Origin: an uncultured Gemmatimonadales bacterium
GTDB lineage: Bacteria > Gemmatimonadota > Gemmatimonadetes > Gemmatimonadales > GWC2-71-9
Direction of reading: 5' to 3'
DNA: 64,000 nucleotides
Assembly: GCA_963795085.1 (NCBI GenBank)
Contig: CAWCFX010000004.1
Location: 416,001-480,000 of the forward strand
Below are positions 28,469 through 39,667 of the stretch, in pieces. Position 1 is the stretch's first letter; every line of letters starts with the position of its first letter. The position numbers and the translations under genes are program-made. Below the pieces are notes generated by a model that made no database searches, was not told the DNA's origin, and saw nothing but the letters and a program-made list of their open reading frames with translations.

Positions 28469-28703
28469 TTGCTGCCGCTTCTTCAATGTCATCTCCATGA
28501 ACCCGCTCCAGGCCGTGCCATCCCGGGACCATTCGCCGATCTCGTGCCGTTCGCCGTTGGGACGGTGGGTCACGATGTAGCGGACATGACCGCCCCGGGG
28601 GTGGGGAAAGCTCCAGGGTCGTGTTCCGGATCCGGTCGCCCAGGTCCCAGGCGCGGAGGTTCGGGGCGCAGGGGTGCTCATCGTAATGAATGCGGGAAGC
28701 CAT
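28458..28703 (-). pseudogene. Frameshifted remnant of a beta-rich hypothetical gene (DUF1579-like C-terminus)
   Basis: IHYDE...LRAWDLG in one frame continues as WSFPHPRGGHVRYIVTHRPNGERHEIGEWSRDGTAWSGFMEMTLKK in another; no convincing start. Confidence 0.4.
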
Positions 28704-28824
28704 CGGCGGGAAACGTAAGCAGTGGCTGGGAAGACGAAAAGCGGGGCCGAAGGCCCGGCCAGCGCGATGTCCCGCACTGGCCGACCTCCGGTCCCGCTTC
28801 CGTCGGACGAACTCCCTGTTCCGG

Positions 28825-30276
28825 CTAGTTCAGCCGGTTGCCCGCTGCGTCATGCGTCTGCTGCCAGCCGCGCGGGATGCCCGACACCCGGCCCATGGGA
28901 ACGATCGACGCCGGCAGGGGCAGCGTGTTGATCTTGGCCACGCCGGTCAGGACCTTGGTGTTGCTCAGGTCGTAGTACACCGCGAAATCATTGGGTCCCA
29001 GGATGATCTGCGACGAGCAGCCCATCCGTACGTCGGTCATGCCGGTGGTGACCTGGTGGGCCCGGAGCGAGGTGCCCGGCAGCGTATTGTAACCGCAGTC
29101 GATAAAGTCGCCCACGTTGGTCATCTGGGCGCCCATCTTGGTGAGGAAGTCGTTCTGCGCCGGGAACCCGCCGCCGTAGAAGCCGGAGTGTTCGCCGATG
29201 AAGATGATCCGGCCACCCTGGGAGGCGAACTGCTTCATGGCGTTGATCTCGGGGACCGAGTAGAACACCGTCGGCAGCCAGAGCACCAGCACCTTGACGG
29301 TGCCCGCGATGGTAGAGAGGTCTCCGCTGTTGTCAATCGTCATGCTGAGCCCCTCGCTCGCCACCTGGTTCGCGAACGTCGAGAAGCCGCCGCCACAGAA
29401 GGCGGCGCCACAGATGGACCCGTGGCCGCCATCCACCAGGACCTCGGTGCCGCTGGCCCGGGGGCCGGTGGCGGTATAGGTCAGCAGGTTGTGGAGCATG
29501 GTGACGTTGCTGGGATTGGTCATCGAGTTGTCATCCAGCATGTTGATATCGTTGTACACGATGACGTCTTCGCCCGCGGAGGGAATCGGGCTGATGGTCA
29601 TGGACGAGCAATCCTGGTTCGCCGGGTCGGCGGTGACCCGGGCGCAGACCTGGAAGGTCGCGGGACTGGGGACGCTACCGGGGGCGGTGTAGAACCCGGT
29701 GCCATCGATAGTGCCGTAGGTCGCATCGCCGCCGTCGGTGCCGTTGACCGACCAGGTGTAGGGGCCGGCCGCGCCGGAGACCACCCCGAACTGCTGCGTC
29801 CCGCCCGGCAACCGCTCGACCACATCGGGCTGGACGTCGATCGGATCGGGCGGCGGCGGGGTGGAGCTCCCGGTGATCCAGATGGTGACCCGGTGCTCCC
29901 GGCCGCCGCGCACCGCGACGGTCATGCTGTTGCTCGTCAGCAGTGTGACGGTAAAGGCGAGGGGCCCGCCTGCGCCAAGCAGGTCGTTATCGGCGACGAC
30001 CTGGGTCCCGTTCAGCCAGACCCGGGCGTAAGTGGCCGCGTTGCCGTCGTCTTCGATGTTGAAGGTGTAGTCGCCGGGAGTGGCGGGGAAGGTGACCGTG
30101 TTGTTTTCGACTGCGCGGCGGACGAACACGGCGGGCCCGTACACGCAATCGGTACAGGGTGAGGGCGGGGCGAGCAATAATTCCCCACCCTGGGTCTCCG
30201 GTCCGGTGGGCACGGACTCGCTGCATGCCGCCAGCATGACGGCGGCAGCCAGCATAAATCTGCTCAGACGCTTCAT
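28825..30276 (-). CDS. Large lipoprotein with Ig-like domains and C-terminal alpha/beta (GATase-like/DUF4350-like) domain
   Basis: GGAGG RBS; lipobox MLAAC; GTQQF...YTWSVNG...GTIDGTGFYTAP Ig-like motif; FASQGGRIIFIGEH. Confidence 0.75.
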   Translation of the reverse strand: MKRLSRFMLAAAVMLAACSESVPTGPETQGGELLLAPPSPCTDCVYGPAVFVRRAVENNTVTFPATPGDYTFNIEDDGNAATYARVWLNGTQVVADNDLLGAGGPLAFTVTLLTSNSMTVAVRGGREHRVTIWITGSSTPPPPDPIDVQPDVVERLPGGTQQFGVVSGAAGPYTWSVNGTDGGDATYGTIDGTGFYTAPGSVPSPATFQVCARVTADPANQDCSSMTISPIPSAGEDVIVYNDINMLDDNSMTNPSNVTMLHNLLTYTATGPRASGTEVLVDGGHGSICGAAFCGGGFSTFANQVASEGLSMTIDNSGDLSTIAGTVKVLVLWLPTVFYSVPEINAMKQFASQGGRIIFIGEHSGFYGGGFPAQNDFLTKMGAQMTNVGDFIDCGYNTLPGTSLRAHQVTTGMTDVRMGCSSQIILGPNDFAVYYDLSNTKVLTGVAKINTLPLPASIVPMGRVSGIPRGWQQTHDAAGNRLN

Positions 30277-30804
30277 ACCCAACCTCCATGAAGGAAACCT
30301 GTCCGCCCCGGAGCCGCCTTCCAGGGGTAGAAGGCGGCAGCAGCGGACAACGATCAATCCGGAAGGCACCTCCACCCGGGAGGGCACGACCGGAAGGACA
30401 GTCTGACTTGTAGGATGATGAGACCGTTGATCCTATGGCACTGATGGGGCGGGTGCAAGAAACGGACTGTGCCGATGGTCTGGGTATCCGCGCAGAAATC
30501 TGACAGCCGGTGCGGGGAGTGCCGAGCGTACCCCGCCGCTCTCAGAAACGAGAGAGGCGCAAGGGCTTAGGCCAATCCACGCACGGCAGTCTGAACCCAC
30601 CGGTCCGATACAATAAGTTGACGACATCACCCATGTCACCGGCCCCCAGTCTGTTGTTTTGACTCCCCACCCCGTGAGGTACCCGCGCGGCAAGCGTTAT
30701 CAGGATTTGCCTGCAACCTTCATTCTTCTCCCCGGCCGGCGGCAAAAACTGCCGGAGAGCCACGTTGGACAGGGGATATGATGAAGATTTCCTCATCCGG
30801 GCAG

Positions 30805-33800
30805 TCATCCGCCCGCCGGGCGAATGACCACCTTGTGGCGGGCTCCGTCATCCACCAATCGAATGGCAGGTCCGTCAATCGCGCGGCCATCCACCGTGAT
30901 GGTTTTGGCGTTCGCCGTCAGGAGCCCAGGGTCCTGGACCAGGATCTCCCAGCGGCTCCCTCCGAACTGGTATTCAAGGCTGAACTCGGGCCACGAAGCC
31001 GGGACGCAGGGGCGCATCTCCAGCAGGTTCCCGCGCAAGGTGAATCCGAGGATCGCCTCCAACCCCACCCGGTACATCCAACTGGCGGAGCCGGTGTACC
31101 AGGTCCATCCTCCGCGCCCTACGTGGCCCCGCGCGGTGTACACGTCGGCCGCGACGACATAGGGCTCCACCTTGTACCGCTCCACGGCCTCCCGGGAATC
31201 ACCGTGAGTCAGCGGGTTGAGGAGCTGGAAAAGATCGAATGCCTGCCCGGTGTCTCCCTGGGTTGCCCGGGCCAACACCGCCCAGAGCGCGGCGTGGGTG
31301 TATTGCGCCCCGTTCTCCCGCACGCCCGGCAGGTATCCCTTGATGTATCCGGGGTCCTTGGTGGTCTTGTCGAACGGAGGCGTGAGCAACCGGACCAGCC
31401 GGGCCTCCCGGTCCACCAGGTGCGCTTCAAGCGACTGCATGGCCTGGACCTGGCGTTCAGGCTTGCCGGCCCCGGAGATGACGCTCCAGCTCTGGGCGAT
31501 CGAGTCGATGTTGCACTCGTTGCTCAGGTGGGAGCCAAGCGGGGACCCATCGTCGAAGTAAGCCCGCCGATACCACGCCCCGTCCCACGCTTCGGCCTCG
31601 ACCGCCGCCGTGTAGGCGTCCGCCTGGGCCCGCAGCCCGGCGGCCGTCGCGGCCTCGCCGCGAGCCTCTGCCCGCCCGGCGAAGTCGCGCAACACGGTGA
31701 CCAGGAACCAGGCGAGCCACACGCTCTCGCCCTTTCCTTCGATCCCGACCCGGTTCATTCCGTCATTCCAGTCGCCGATGCCGATCAGCGGCAGCCCGTG
31801 CACCCCGGCGGTGGCGCCCCGGCGGATCGCGCGGAGACAGTGCTCGAACAGGGTACCCGTTTCGCCGGATGCCGAGGGGAGGTCGTAGACTTCGTGTTCG
31901 TGGGGTTCCAGTTCCCGCATCGCGAGGAAGGAGATGGATTCGTCGAGGATCGCATCGTCTCCCGTCACCCGGATATACTGGTCCACCACATAGGGGAGCC
32001 AGAGCAAATCATCCGAGAACCGGGTGCGGACGCCACGGCCGCTTTCCGGGTGCCACCAGTGCTGCACGTCCCCTTCCACGAACTGGCGGCTGGCGGCACG
32101 CAGGATGTGTTCCCTCGCGACCCCCGGCTCCGCGTACACGAACGCGAGCACGTCCTGCAACTGGTCCCGGAACCCGTAGGCTCCGCTGCTCTGGTAGAGC
32201 GCGGAACGGCCCCACATCCGGCAGGCCAGGGCCTGGTAGAGCAGCCAGTGATTGATCATGGCGTCAAAGGATGGCTCCGGGGTCCGCACCGTGATGACGG
32301 AAAGCCGGCGTACCCAGCCCAGGGCGGTGGACCGGGCGGCCTCCGCGGCCGTCTCCCGGTAGTGCCGTACCATGCGGACAGCCTCGTCCCGACCGGCGGC
32401 GGCCCCGAGTAGTACAGTGACCTCCCGGGTCTCGCCGGGCTGGAGGTGGACCACGCACTGCAGGGCGGCGCAGGGGTCTATGCCGGCGCCGGTGGTGCCG
32501 GAAAGCCCGCCCGCCCCGCGCAGCCCGGCTGGGTCGGCGGCCGAGCCGTTGCGCCCGAGGAACTCCCGCCGGTCACCGGTGAAGCCGGTGACCGACTGAG
32601 TCAGGGCGCAGAACGCGACCATGTCCTGAAACTGGGGATTGAAATAGTTCCGGGCCAGCATCGCATCCAGCGCGGGATCGAATTCGGTCTGTACCTGGTG
32701 CCGGGTATGTTCGCGCTGGCTCCCCAGCGTCCACTCCACGTAGGCGGTGAGCGCCAGCGTCCGGGGCCGGGTGTCCCGGTTGGTCAGGCTGAGCACCGAC
32801 AGCTTGACCATGGCATCATCGGCCACGGTCAGCGTCAGCCGGGTGGCGATGCCCCGGTGTTCCTGCTCGAAGGTGGTGACACCCTGTCCGTGCCGCACGA
32901 CGGCGGGGATGCCATGGGGAATCGGTGCCGGGGTGGGGCACCAGAGCTCGTCCGACTCGACGTCGCGCAGGTAGATGACCTCACCCGGCGGATCCGACAC
33001 CGGGTCGTTGCTCCACGGTGAGAGGCGGTAGAAATAGCTGTTACGGGCCCAGCTGCATCCGCCGCCCCGCTCGGACACCAGGAAACCGCCATGCTGGTTG
33101 GCGATGACATTGATCCAGGGTGCCGGCGGCACATGGTCGCCGTGCACGCGGATCTCGTATTGTCCGTCCGGCAGTTGCCCGCCGAACCCATTGGGGAAGG
33201 CGAGCGCGGGGTCCCCGGGCGGACGGATGGCCCCTGGTGCATTGGTGCGCCGGGGCGCAGTGCCGGCGGGTGGCGGTCCGCCCGGGCCGGCGTCGGCCTC
33301 CGACCAGTTGCGCCACAGGGCGCGCGCCACCGCCGTGGCGGTGGCCAGCCCGGGAACCCGGGGCAGCGGGTGGTCGTCCGACTCGAGCCCGGTCTCCTCC
33401 TCATCCAACTGGCCCTCGAGGATCCGGCCCAGCGGTCTGCCATCGCAATGCAGGTGAATACGGGCCGTGGCTCGGAGCATCAGCAGTTCTTCCGGTCCCA
33501 GCGTCTCCGTCTTCCTGACGAACACGCCGCCGGGCCGGTCGGCCATGGCCAGGTCGCCGGCCCCCACGAGCGCCCCGGTGATCCGGTCGCCCAGTTCCTG
33601 GTGATAACCCGACTCCTCGGAGTTAAGCACCACCAGGTCCACCGTCATGCCGCGCCGGCGCCAGTACCGGTGCGCCATGATCGCCTGCCGGAGCGTGGGC
33701 AGCCCGTCGGCGGCGGAGATCATGGCCAGCATGATCGGCCAGTCGCCGGAAATACCGCACGACCAGAGCAGCGGTTGGGATCCCCGGTTCTGAAGCAGCT

Positions 33801-36800
33801 CGGCCTGGGGCGCCCGCAGCCGCCGGTGCCCGTGGAAGAGATAGCCGGCGACATCCTGAAACACGCCCGCTTCGGCTGGGGTGATGCCGAGTTCCCGCAG
33901 TTCGACCTGGGCCGCAGTCCACGCCAGGTTCAGGGCCCGCTGGGCGGCATGGGGGCCGTGATACCGGCCGGCCAGCTCGAACACCTGTTCCCGGGTGGTG
34001 GCCACCAGGGTGGTAAACGCGACCGAGGCCGACTGCCCCGGCGCGAGCCGCACCCTGGTACGAATCGCGAAGATTGGGTCGAGCACCGCGCCGGTGTGTC
34101 CCGGCAGCCCGCCGTCCCGCTCCATAGCCAGCGGGTCCTGGGTGGTCCGCCCCCTGCCGATGAAGTCGACTCGGCTGGTTTCGCAGGTGACCGGGGCGAT
34201 CCGTTCCGGGCCGGTATCGACGACGTGGGCGCACCAGACGACTGGTTCGGTCGCGGACCGGGGCCGCCGGGAGGCGGTGATCGCGGTACACCACTCGTGC
34301 CATTCCGTCTCGATGAACAGGTTGCTGAAGGCGGGGTGGGAGCGATCGGTGTCGGGCGGCGCCAGCACGATCTCGCTGTAGCTGGTCAGCTCGATGTCCC
34401 GCTCCTCATTGCTGTTGTTGGTCACGGTGACGCGCCGGACCTCCGCCGAGTCGGCCGGGACCACGGTGATCTCGGTCCGGGTGCTAACCGGACCGTCGGT
34501 GCGGTCAAAGACCACCCGGTCGGTGGAAAGGAACGCGTGGTAGCTGTCGGCCGGCGTCCGGAGCGGCTGGTGGGCCGCGGACCACGCGCGACCGGTCCCG
34601 AGGTCTTTCAGGTAGCAGAACTGGCCGGTATCGTCCCGGGTGCCGTCTGCCCGCCAGCGGGTAACCGCCAGGTTCTCGTACCGGCTGTACCCGGCTCCGG
34701 CGTGGGTCACCATGATAGTGTAGGGCTGGTTGCCAAGGAGGGCGGCCCGGGGCGCATCGGTATCGGGTGTGTCGATTACCCGCACCGCGGCCCGCTCCAG
34801 CTCGGGGTCGGGCAGCGATTCGTCCGCCCGCGCGGTCTGTACCGGCTGGAGCACCAGCCGCCGGGGAATCCGCTCGTGGAGGAGCAGTTCGGCGGAGCGG
34901 ACCAGCGGATCGGTGTGAAAACGCCGCTGCCAGACCTCCGCGGTCAGCGCGTTGGTCAGGGCGACCAGCGTCATCCCTTCGTGGTGCGCCATGTACAGGC
35001 GCACCACCGCCCAGCGCTGTCCGGGATCGGGCCGGGTGTAGTCGAGGGCATCGCGGAAGCCATAGGGACCCAGTGCGCCCTTGCGTTCCAGGGTCTTGAG
35101 ATTGGCCAGCGCCCGCGAGGCGTCAATCATGACCGCGAGACCGGACGCGTAGGGGGCGACCACCAGGTCCCGGCCCAGCCCGCGCTTGAGCGCCAGGTCG
35201 GGGACGCCGAAGGCGCGGTACTGGTACGTCAGGTGGCGGTCGCGGATGTTGTACGCGCTTTCACTCACACCCCAGGGCACGTCCCGCTCGGCGCCGTAGG
35301 CGATATGCCGTTCCAGCGCCGCCCGGTAGGTCTGGTCCAGGACCGTGAAGGGAAACGACTGCATCACCAGCTGGGGCATGAGATATTCGAACATGCTCCC
35401 GCTCCAGCTGACCAGGGCGGTCTGGCCGCCGGCTCGGGTGAGGGTGCGGCCCAGCCGGAACCAGTGGTCCACGGGGACATCGTTCTTGGCGATCGCGACG
35501 AAACTGGCGAGCCGCGCCTCGGAGGCCAGCAGGTCGTAATAGGAAGGATCCAGCGCGTGGCTGGCCTGCTGGTAGCCGATCGCGAAGAGCTTGCGTTTGT
35601 CGTCGAAGAGAAACCGGAAATCCATCTCTTCCACCATTCGGCTGGCTCGGCCGGCCAGCGCCTGCAGCCGGCGAACCACGGCGGTGCCGCCGCTTCCTTC
35701 CTCCTCGATAGTCCGCCAACTGTCGAAGACGACCGTGGCTTCGCTTTCCCGGCGGGGGACCAGCCGGGTGGGCAGCTCGCCGATCCGGCTGCGGTGCTGG
35801 GCGACGAGGCCGCGGCACCAGTCGATCCAGCCTTTGGCGGCCGCGTCTTCGTTGCCCGCCGGGCCGGTGCCGGCCAACTCGTCCCGCGCGGCGTCCAGGG
35901 CATCGGCCAGCCGGTCAAGGATGGGCACCGGCGGGTCCGCCGGCGAGGCCGCCTCGAGGATCCCGCGGGCCTGGAGGACGTGGACCTGTGCGGCGGGACT
36001 GGATTGCCGCTCGGTGCCGACCGCATCTCCCCCGGGATGTTCCAGGAGTTCCCGCGCGAGATCGAGGCCGGTCTGGAGCGCGCGCCAGACGCGCATGTCG
36101 AACACCGGGTCGTCGGCCACCGCGAGACACGCCTGCCGGATTGCCAGCAGGTGGCCGGCCAGGTTGCCGCTGTCCACGGTGGAGATGTAGCCTGGCTCCA
36201 GCACCCGGAGGTCAGCGAGATCATACCAGTTGTAGAAATGTCCGCGGAACCGGTGCATCCGCTCCATGGACGCGAACGCCAGCTCCAGGCGCTCGAGCAT
36301 GGATTCCATGGTGATGAGCCGGAGGTCGTAGGCGCTGATGACGGAGAGCAACTGCAGCCCCATGTTGGTGGGCGAGGTGCGCAGGGTGACGACCGGCGCC
36401 GGGTGTTCCTGGAAATTGTCGGGCACCAGCCAGTTCGACTCCGCGGTCACGAACCGGTCGAAATAGTGCCAGTGCAGCAGCGCGTACCGAAGCGCCTGAG
36501 TCTGTTCCCGGCGATCCAGTCTCCGTTCCCAGCGGTAGACCGGGGTGTTGAGTCCCCGGGCGACCAGCGGTGACGCCAGCCAGAGCGCCGCAAGGGGGAG
36601 CAGGGATGCCAGCAGGACCGGAAGAGTGTCGGCCCGCCACCGGTGCGTTTCCGCCTCGATGGCCAGGCCCGCAAGGGCCAGGGCGACCGCGATGGATGGG
36701 ACCATCGTGAGCCAGGCCCGGCGGCCCGGCGCGGCGCGCTCGATCTGCGAGGCGGTCCGCCATTCCAGGAGGTAACGGCGGGAGACGGCCAGCCGCCAGA

Positions 36801-39570
36801 GCGTGCGCAGGATGGCATCGGCCGAGACCCAGGCCTGGTGGGGGAGGAACACCACTCTCACCGCCAGCTGCTGGATACTGGTGATGGCGTCGTGGCCGAC
36901 GGCGGAATAGTAGGCCCGCCAGGACTTGTCCATCGGCGGCCGCATCGCGGCGAGCAGGAGGGCCACCAGCCAGGGAGCCGCGATCGCCGCGAGGCCCAGC
37001 AGGGTCCACCGGGCCGGCGAACCGGGAAAGAGCAGCCAGCCGGCGAACAGAAACGCCAGTTGCCCGATCTCCACCGTACTGCGGCGCATGTTATCGAAAA
37101 TCTTCCAGCGGGAGAGCAGCGAGAGCCGGTTGGGTTCCTGGCCGTCAGGGCCGGGGACCCCGAATCCCAGCCAGGGCAGCAACTGCCAGTCGCCCCGGAT
37201 CCAGCGGTGCTTGCGCCGGGTGTAGGTCGGGTAGGTGCGCGGGTAGTCGTCGTAGACCGTGATGTCGGTGGCGAGCCCGGCCCGGGCGTAGTTGCCCTCG
37301 ATCAGGTCGTGCGACAGGAGGGTGTTCTCGGGAAAGCGCCCGTGGGTGGCCCGCTCAAAGGCGTCCACGTCGTAGATGCCCTTTCCGGTGAAACTTCCCT
37401 CGCCGTAGAGATCCTGGTACACGTCCGACACCGCGGTGGTATAGGGATCCACGCCGGGGTGACCGGAGTGGATCGCGGCGAACCGGGACCGGTGGGCGCT
37501 GGGCAGGGAGACGCCCACCCGGGGCTGCAGGATGCCATAGCCCTGGACGACCCGGCCCCGGACCGGATCGTACACCGCCCGGTTGAGCGGATGGGCCAGC
37601 GCGCCGATCAGCAGCGGGGCGGCGTCCGGGGGGAGCACGGTGTCGGCATCCAGGGTGATGACGTAGCGCACTCCCTGGAGCGGCTGCACCTTCCCCACGA
37701 TGACCGAGAAGGCACCGTCCCCGGCACCCCGCAGAAACCGGTTGAACTCGGCCAGCTTTCCGCGCTTTCGTTCCCAGCCCATCCAGACCCCCTCCTGGGG
37801 ATTCCAGCGGCGGGGGCGGTGGAAGAGGTAAAACGCGGTGTCGTCGCTGTGGCCGTAGCGCTCGTTGAGCGAACGGATGCCGGCGATGGCGGCGGCGATG
37901 ATCTCCTCGTCGCCGCTCACGTGCTCCGAGGGCGCGTCGGTAAAATCGCTGAGCAGCGCGAAGTGCAGGTGCGATTCCCGGTTGGCCAGGAACTGCGCTT
38001 CCAGGGTCTCCAGCGATTCATGCACCGCGTCCACGCTGTCAAACAGCGTGGGAATGACGACGGCGGTGCGGAACTCCTGCGGCACCCCGTGTTCGCCCAG
38101 GTCCAGCTTGGGGAGCGTGCGGGGCGGCAGCAGGGCGGTTACCAGCTGGTTAACGACGTTGACGGCGATATCGAACGCGGGCAGGAACCCAAAGGCCAGC
38201 ACCAGGGGCCATGCCAGGATGGCGACCGGCTCCGCCAGCCAGAGCAACAGGGCCAGCGCGGCCAGGGTGCCGTTGAGGATCCCCCCGACGAACACGACGT
38301 TGGGATGGCGCACGACCCAGCGGTGCGCCGATTCCCGGAGCGTCGGGCGATACCCCGCCGCGCGCTCCAGCTCGGGCAGCCCGTCGTCGACCAGGTAAAA
38401 CCCGACGTGCTCGCGGCGCCGGTCCTCCTCATGGCCGGGATCCACGCTCCGGGCCAGGTCGACGGCCAGCCGCGCGATGGTCTCCTCAGGGACCTGGCAC
38501 CGCTTGGCGATCCGTTCCACCGAGTGGCGATACTGGTCCCGGGTCGCGAAGGTCATCCTGGGGTAGAAGCCCGAAGGGTCGGTGCGGAGGGCCGACTCCA
38601 TCACGCTCTGCCGCTCTACGAAGACCCGCCAGTCCATGCGCGCCACCGCCCGAAGGCTGGTGATGCTGTTGGCCATGGTGATCTGGGTCAGGGCCAGCCG
38701 CTGGGTGGCCCGCGCCGTGGCATCGTCGGCGTTCAGCCCCTCTTCCTCGATCCACTGCTCCAGCCGCGCCAGCGACGCCACCGGGATCTGGGCCAGCCGG
38801 AGCTGCTGCAGCAGGCGGGAGACAAAGGCGACCGTCAGGGCCGGCGGGCCGGAGACAAAACGCTCGAGGACCTCATTCAGGGCACGGGATCCCGACTCGC
38901 TGGCCTCCTGGATCCGGTGCACCCACCGATCGGCCCCTTCGACCTCGTCCAGGCGTTGCACGGTGCGCAGTGCCATCCGCCGGACATTTTCGATCATGCC
39001 CAGGCGCAGCATGGCGGGCATCGCCCACAGTTCGCCGATGGTCAGGGGCGACATTTCCTGGAACGCGGTCACAAAAGCGTCCACGTTCTCCAGGTCGATC
39101 CGCCCCTCAGTGTGAGAGATCAGGCTGATCGCGACCTGGTACACCCGGGGATACCCGGCCATGGGGCCGGACATCAGTTCCGGCAGTTCCCGGTAGTAGC
39201 CGCGGGGCAGGCTCTCCCTGACCTCGCGGATGTGTTCGACGATGACGTGATAGTTGTCGAGCAGCCATTCGCCGGCCGGCCCGATGTTGATGTCCTGCTC
39301 CACGGCGGCGGCCAGCCTGGTATGGGCGGCCTCGAGAATCCGGCTCGTCTCGGCCAGGCGCGCCAGCGGCGAGGCGCCCCGCCGCCGCCGGCCATAGACC
39401 ACCACCCGCTGGCTCCGGGCCACCCGACGGGCCCGTTCCGCCAGGTGCTCGATTCCAAGCAGCTCGCCCCGGATCGGGCCGGCCAGGGTCGCTTCCCGGC
39501 GCGGCGATCCCTTGCCCAGCAGGCGGGCCAGCAGCCGTGACGGCTTCAATGCTCGAATTCCCTGGGCCAC
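30805..39570 (-). CDS. ndvB: Cyclic beta-1,2-glucan synthase (GT84 + glucoamylase-like cyclase + GH94 domains)
   Basis: 2921 aa; EWLLDNYH, WMGWERKRGKL, VITLDADT, LLSHDLIEG, RWIRGDWQL, RTSPTNMG, YYDLLASEARL, SWSGSMFEYLMP, GAYGFRDQLQD, GDWNDGMN, ENGAQYTHAALW, GWTWYTGSA. Confidence 0.96.
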   Translation of the reverse strand: MAQGIRALKPSRLLARLLGKGSPRREATLAGPIRGELLGIEHLAERARRVARSQRVVVYGRRRRGASPLARLAETSRILEAAHTRLAAAVEQDINIGPAGEWLLDNYHVIVEHIREVRESLPRGYYRELPELMSGPMAGYPRVYQVAISLISHTEGRIDLENVDAFVTAFQEMSPLTIGELWAMPAMLRLGMIENVRRMALRTVQRLDEVEGADRWVHRIQEASESGSRALNEVLERFVSGPPALTVAFVSRLLQQLRLAQIPVASLARLEQWIEEEGLNADDATARATQRLALTQITMANSITSLRAVARMDWRVFVERQSVMESALRTDPSGFYPRMTFATRDQYRHSVERIAKRCQVPEETIARLAVDLARSVDPGHEEDRRREHVGFYLVDDGLPELERAAGYRPTLRESAHRWVVRHPNVVFVGGILNGTLAALALLLWLAEPVAILAWPLVLAFGFLPAFDIAVNVVNQLVTALLPPRTLPKLDLGEHGVPQEFRTAVVIPTLFDSVDAVHESLETLEAQFLANRESHLHFALLSDFTDAPSEHVSGDEEIIAAAIAGIRSLNERYGHSDDTAFYLFHRPRRWNPQEGVWMGWERKRGKLAEFNRFLRGAGDGAFSVIVGKVQPLQGVRYVITLDADTVLPPDAAPLLIGALAHPLNRAVYDPVRGRVVQGYGILQPRVGVSLPSAHRSRFAAIHSGHPGVDPYTTAVSDVYQDLYGEGSFTGKGIYDVDAFERATHGRFPENTLLSHDLIEGNYARAGLATDITVYDDYPRTYPTYTRRKHRWIRGDWQLLPWLGFGVPGPDGQEPNRLSLLSRWKIFDNMRRSTVEIGQLAFLFAGWLLFPGSPARWTLLGLAAIAAPWLVALLLAAMRPPMDKSWRAYYSAVGHDAITSIQQLAVRVVFLPHQAWVSADAILRTLWRLAVSRRYLLEWRTASQIERAAPGRRAWLTMVPSIAVALALAGLAIEAETHRWRADTLPVLLASLLPLAALWLASPLVARGLNTPVYRWERRLDRREQTQALRYALLHWHYFDRFVTAESNWLVPDNFQEHPAPVVTLRTSPTNMGLQLLSVISAYDLRLITMESMLERLELAFASMERMHRFRGHFYNWYDLADLRVLEPGYISTVDSGNLAGHLLAIRQACLAVADDPVFDMRVWRALQTGLDLARELLEHPGGDAVGTERQSSPAAQVHVLQARGILEAASPADPPVPILDRLADALDAARDELAGTGPAGNEDAAAKGWIDWCRGLVAQHRSRIGELPTRLVPRRESEATVVFDSWRTIEEEGSGGTAVVRRLQALAGRASRMVEEMDFRFLFDDKRKLFAIGYQQASHALDPSYYDLLASEARLASFVAIAKNDVPVDHWFRLGRTLTRAGGQTALVSWSGSMFEYLMPQLVMQSFPFTVLDQTYRAALERHIAYGAERDVPWGVSESAYNIRDRHLTYQYRAFGVPDLALKRGLGRDLVVAPYASGLAVMIDASRALANLKTLERKGALGPYGFRDALDYTRPDPGQRWAVVRLYMAHHEGMTLVALTNALTAEVWQRRFHTDPLVRSAELLLHERIPRRLVLQPVQTARADESLPDPELERAAVRVIDTPDTDAPRAALLGNQPYTIMVTHAGAGYSRYENLAVTRWRADGTRDDTGQFCYLKDLGTGRAWSAAHQPLRTPADSYHAFLSTDRVVFDRTDGPVSTRTEITVVPADSAEVRRVTVTNNSNEERDIELTSYSEIVLAPPDTDRSHPAFSNLFIETEWHEWCTAITASRRPRSATEPVVWCAHVVDTGPERIAPVTCETSRVDFIGRGRTTQDPLAMERDGGLPGHTGAVLDPIFAIRTRVRLAPGQSASVAFTTLVATTREQVFELAGRYHGPHAAQRALNLAWTAAQVELRELGITPAEAGVFQDVAGYLFHGHRRLRAPQAELLQNRGSQPLLWSCGISGDWPIMLAMISAADGLPTLRQAIMAHRYWRRRGMTVDLVVLNSEESGYHQELGDRITGALVGAGDLAMADRPGGVFVRKTETLGPEELLMLRATARIHLHCDGRPLGRILEGQLDEEETGLESDDHPLPRVPGLATATAVARALWRNWSEADAGPGGPPPAGTAPRRTNAPGAIRPPGDPALAFPNGFGGQLPDGQYEIRVHGDHVPPAPWINVIANQHGGFLVSERGGGCSWARNSYFYRLSPWSNDPVSDPPGEVIYLRDVESDELWCPTPAPIPHGIPAVVRHGQGVTTFEQEHRGIATRLTLTVADDAMVKLSVLSLTNRDTRPRTLALTAYVEWTLGSQREHTRHQVQTEFDPALDAMLARNYFNPQFQDMVAFCALTQSVTGFTGDRREFLGRNGSAADPAGLRGAGGLSGTTGAGIDPCAALQCVVHLQPGETREVTVLLGAAAGRDEAVRMVRHYRETAAEAARSTALGWVRRLSVITVRTPEPSFDAMINHWLLYQALACRMWGRSALYQSSGAYGFRDQLQDVLAFVYAEPGVAREHILRAASRQFVEGDVQHWWHPESGRGVRTRFSDDLLWLPYVVDQYIRVTGDDAILDESISFLAMRELEPHEHEVYDLPSASGETGTLFEHCLRAIRRGATAGVHGLPLIGIGDWNDGMNRVGIEGKGESVWLAWFLVTVLRDFAGRAEARGEAATAAGLRAQADAYTAAVEAEAWDGAWYRRAYFDDGSPLGSHLSNECNIDSIAQSWSVISGAGKPERQVQAMQSLEAHLVDREARLVRLLTPPFDKTTKDPGYIKGYLPGVRENGAQYTHAALWAVLARATQGDTGQAFDLFQLLNPLTHGDSREAVERYKVEPYVVAADVYTARGHVGRGGWTWYTGSASWMYRVGLEAILGFTLRGNLLEMRPCVPASWPEFSLEYQFGGSRWEILVQDPGLLTANAKTITVDGRAIDGPAIRLVDDGARHKVVIRPAGG

Positions 39571-39667
39571 GCTCGTCCCTTCTGCGCTGTCGGTGCGCCT
39601 TCCCTGAGTCGCAATCTAGACTCCCCGCCATGATATTATTGAATCAGCCTCAACTTCACCGGAGCCC

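Noticed and set aside
30536..30602. c-di-GMP-I riboswitch-like fragment (GAAA-loop hairpin, GGCGCAA, ACGGCAG)
   Set aside because: The 5' GGCAAA element is missing and the resemblance is on the plus strand, antisense to the flanking genes; would need an Rfam scan
33091..39540. Long plus-strand ORFs (1160 aa and 965 aa)
   Set aside because: Antisense shadows of the GC-rich ndvB gene; the same applies to shadows of lon and the kinases
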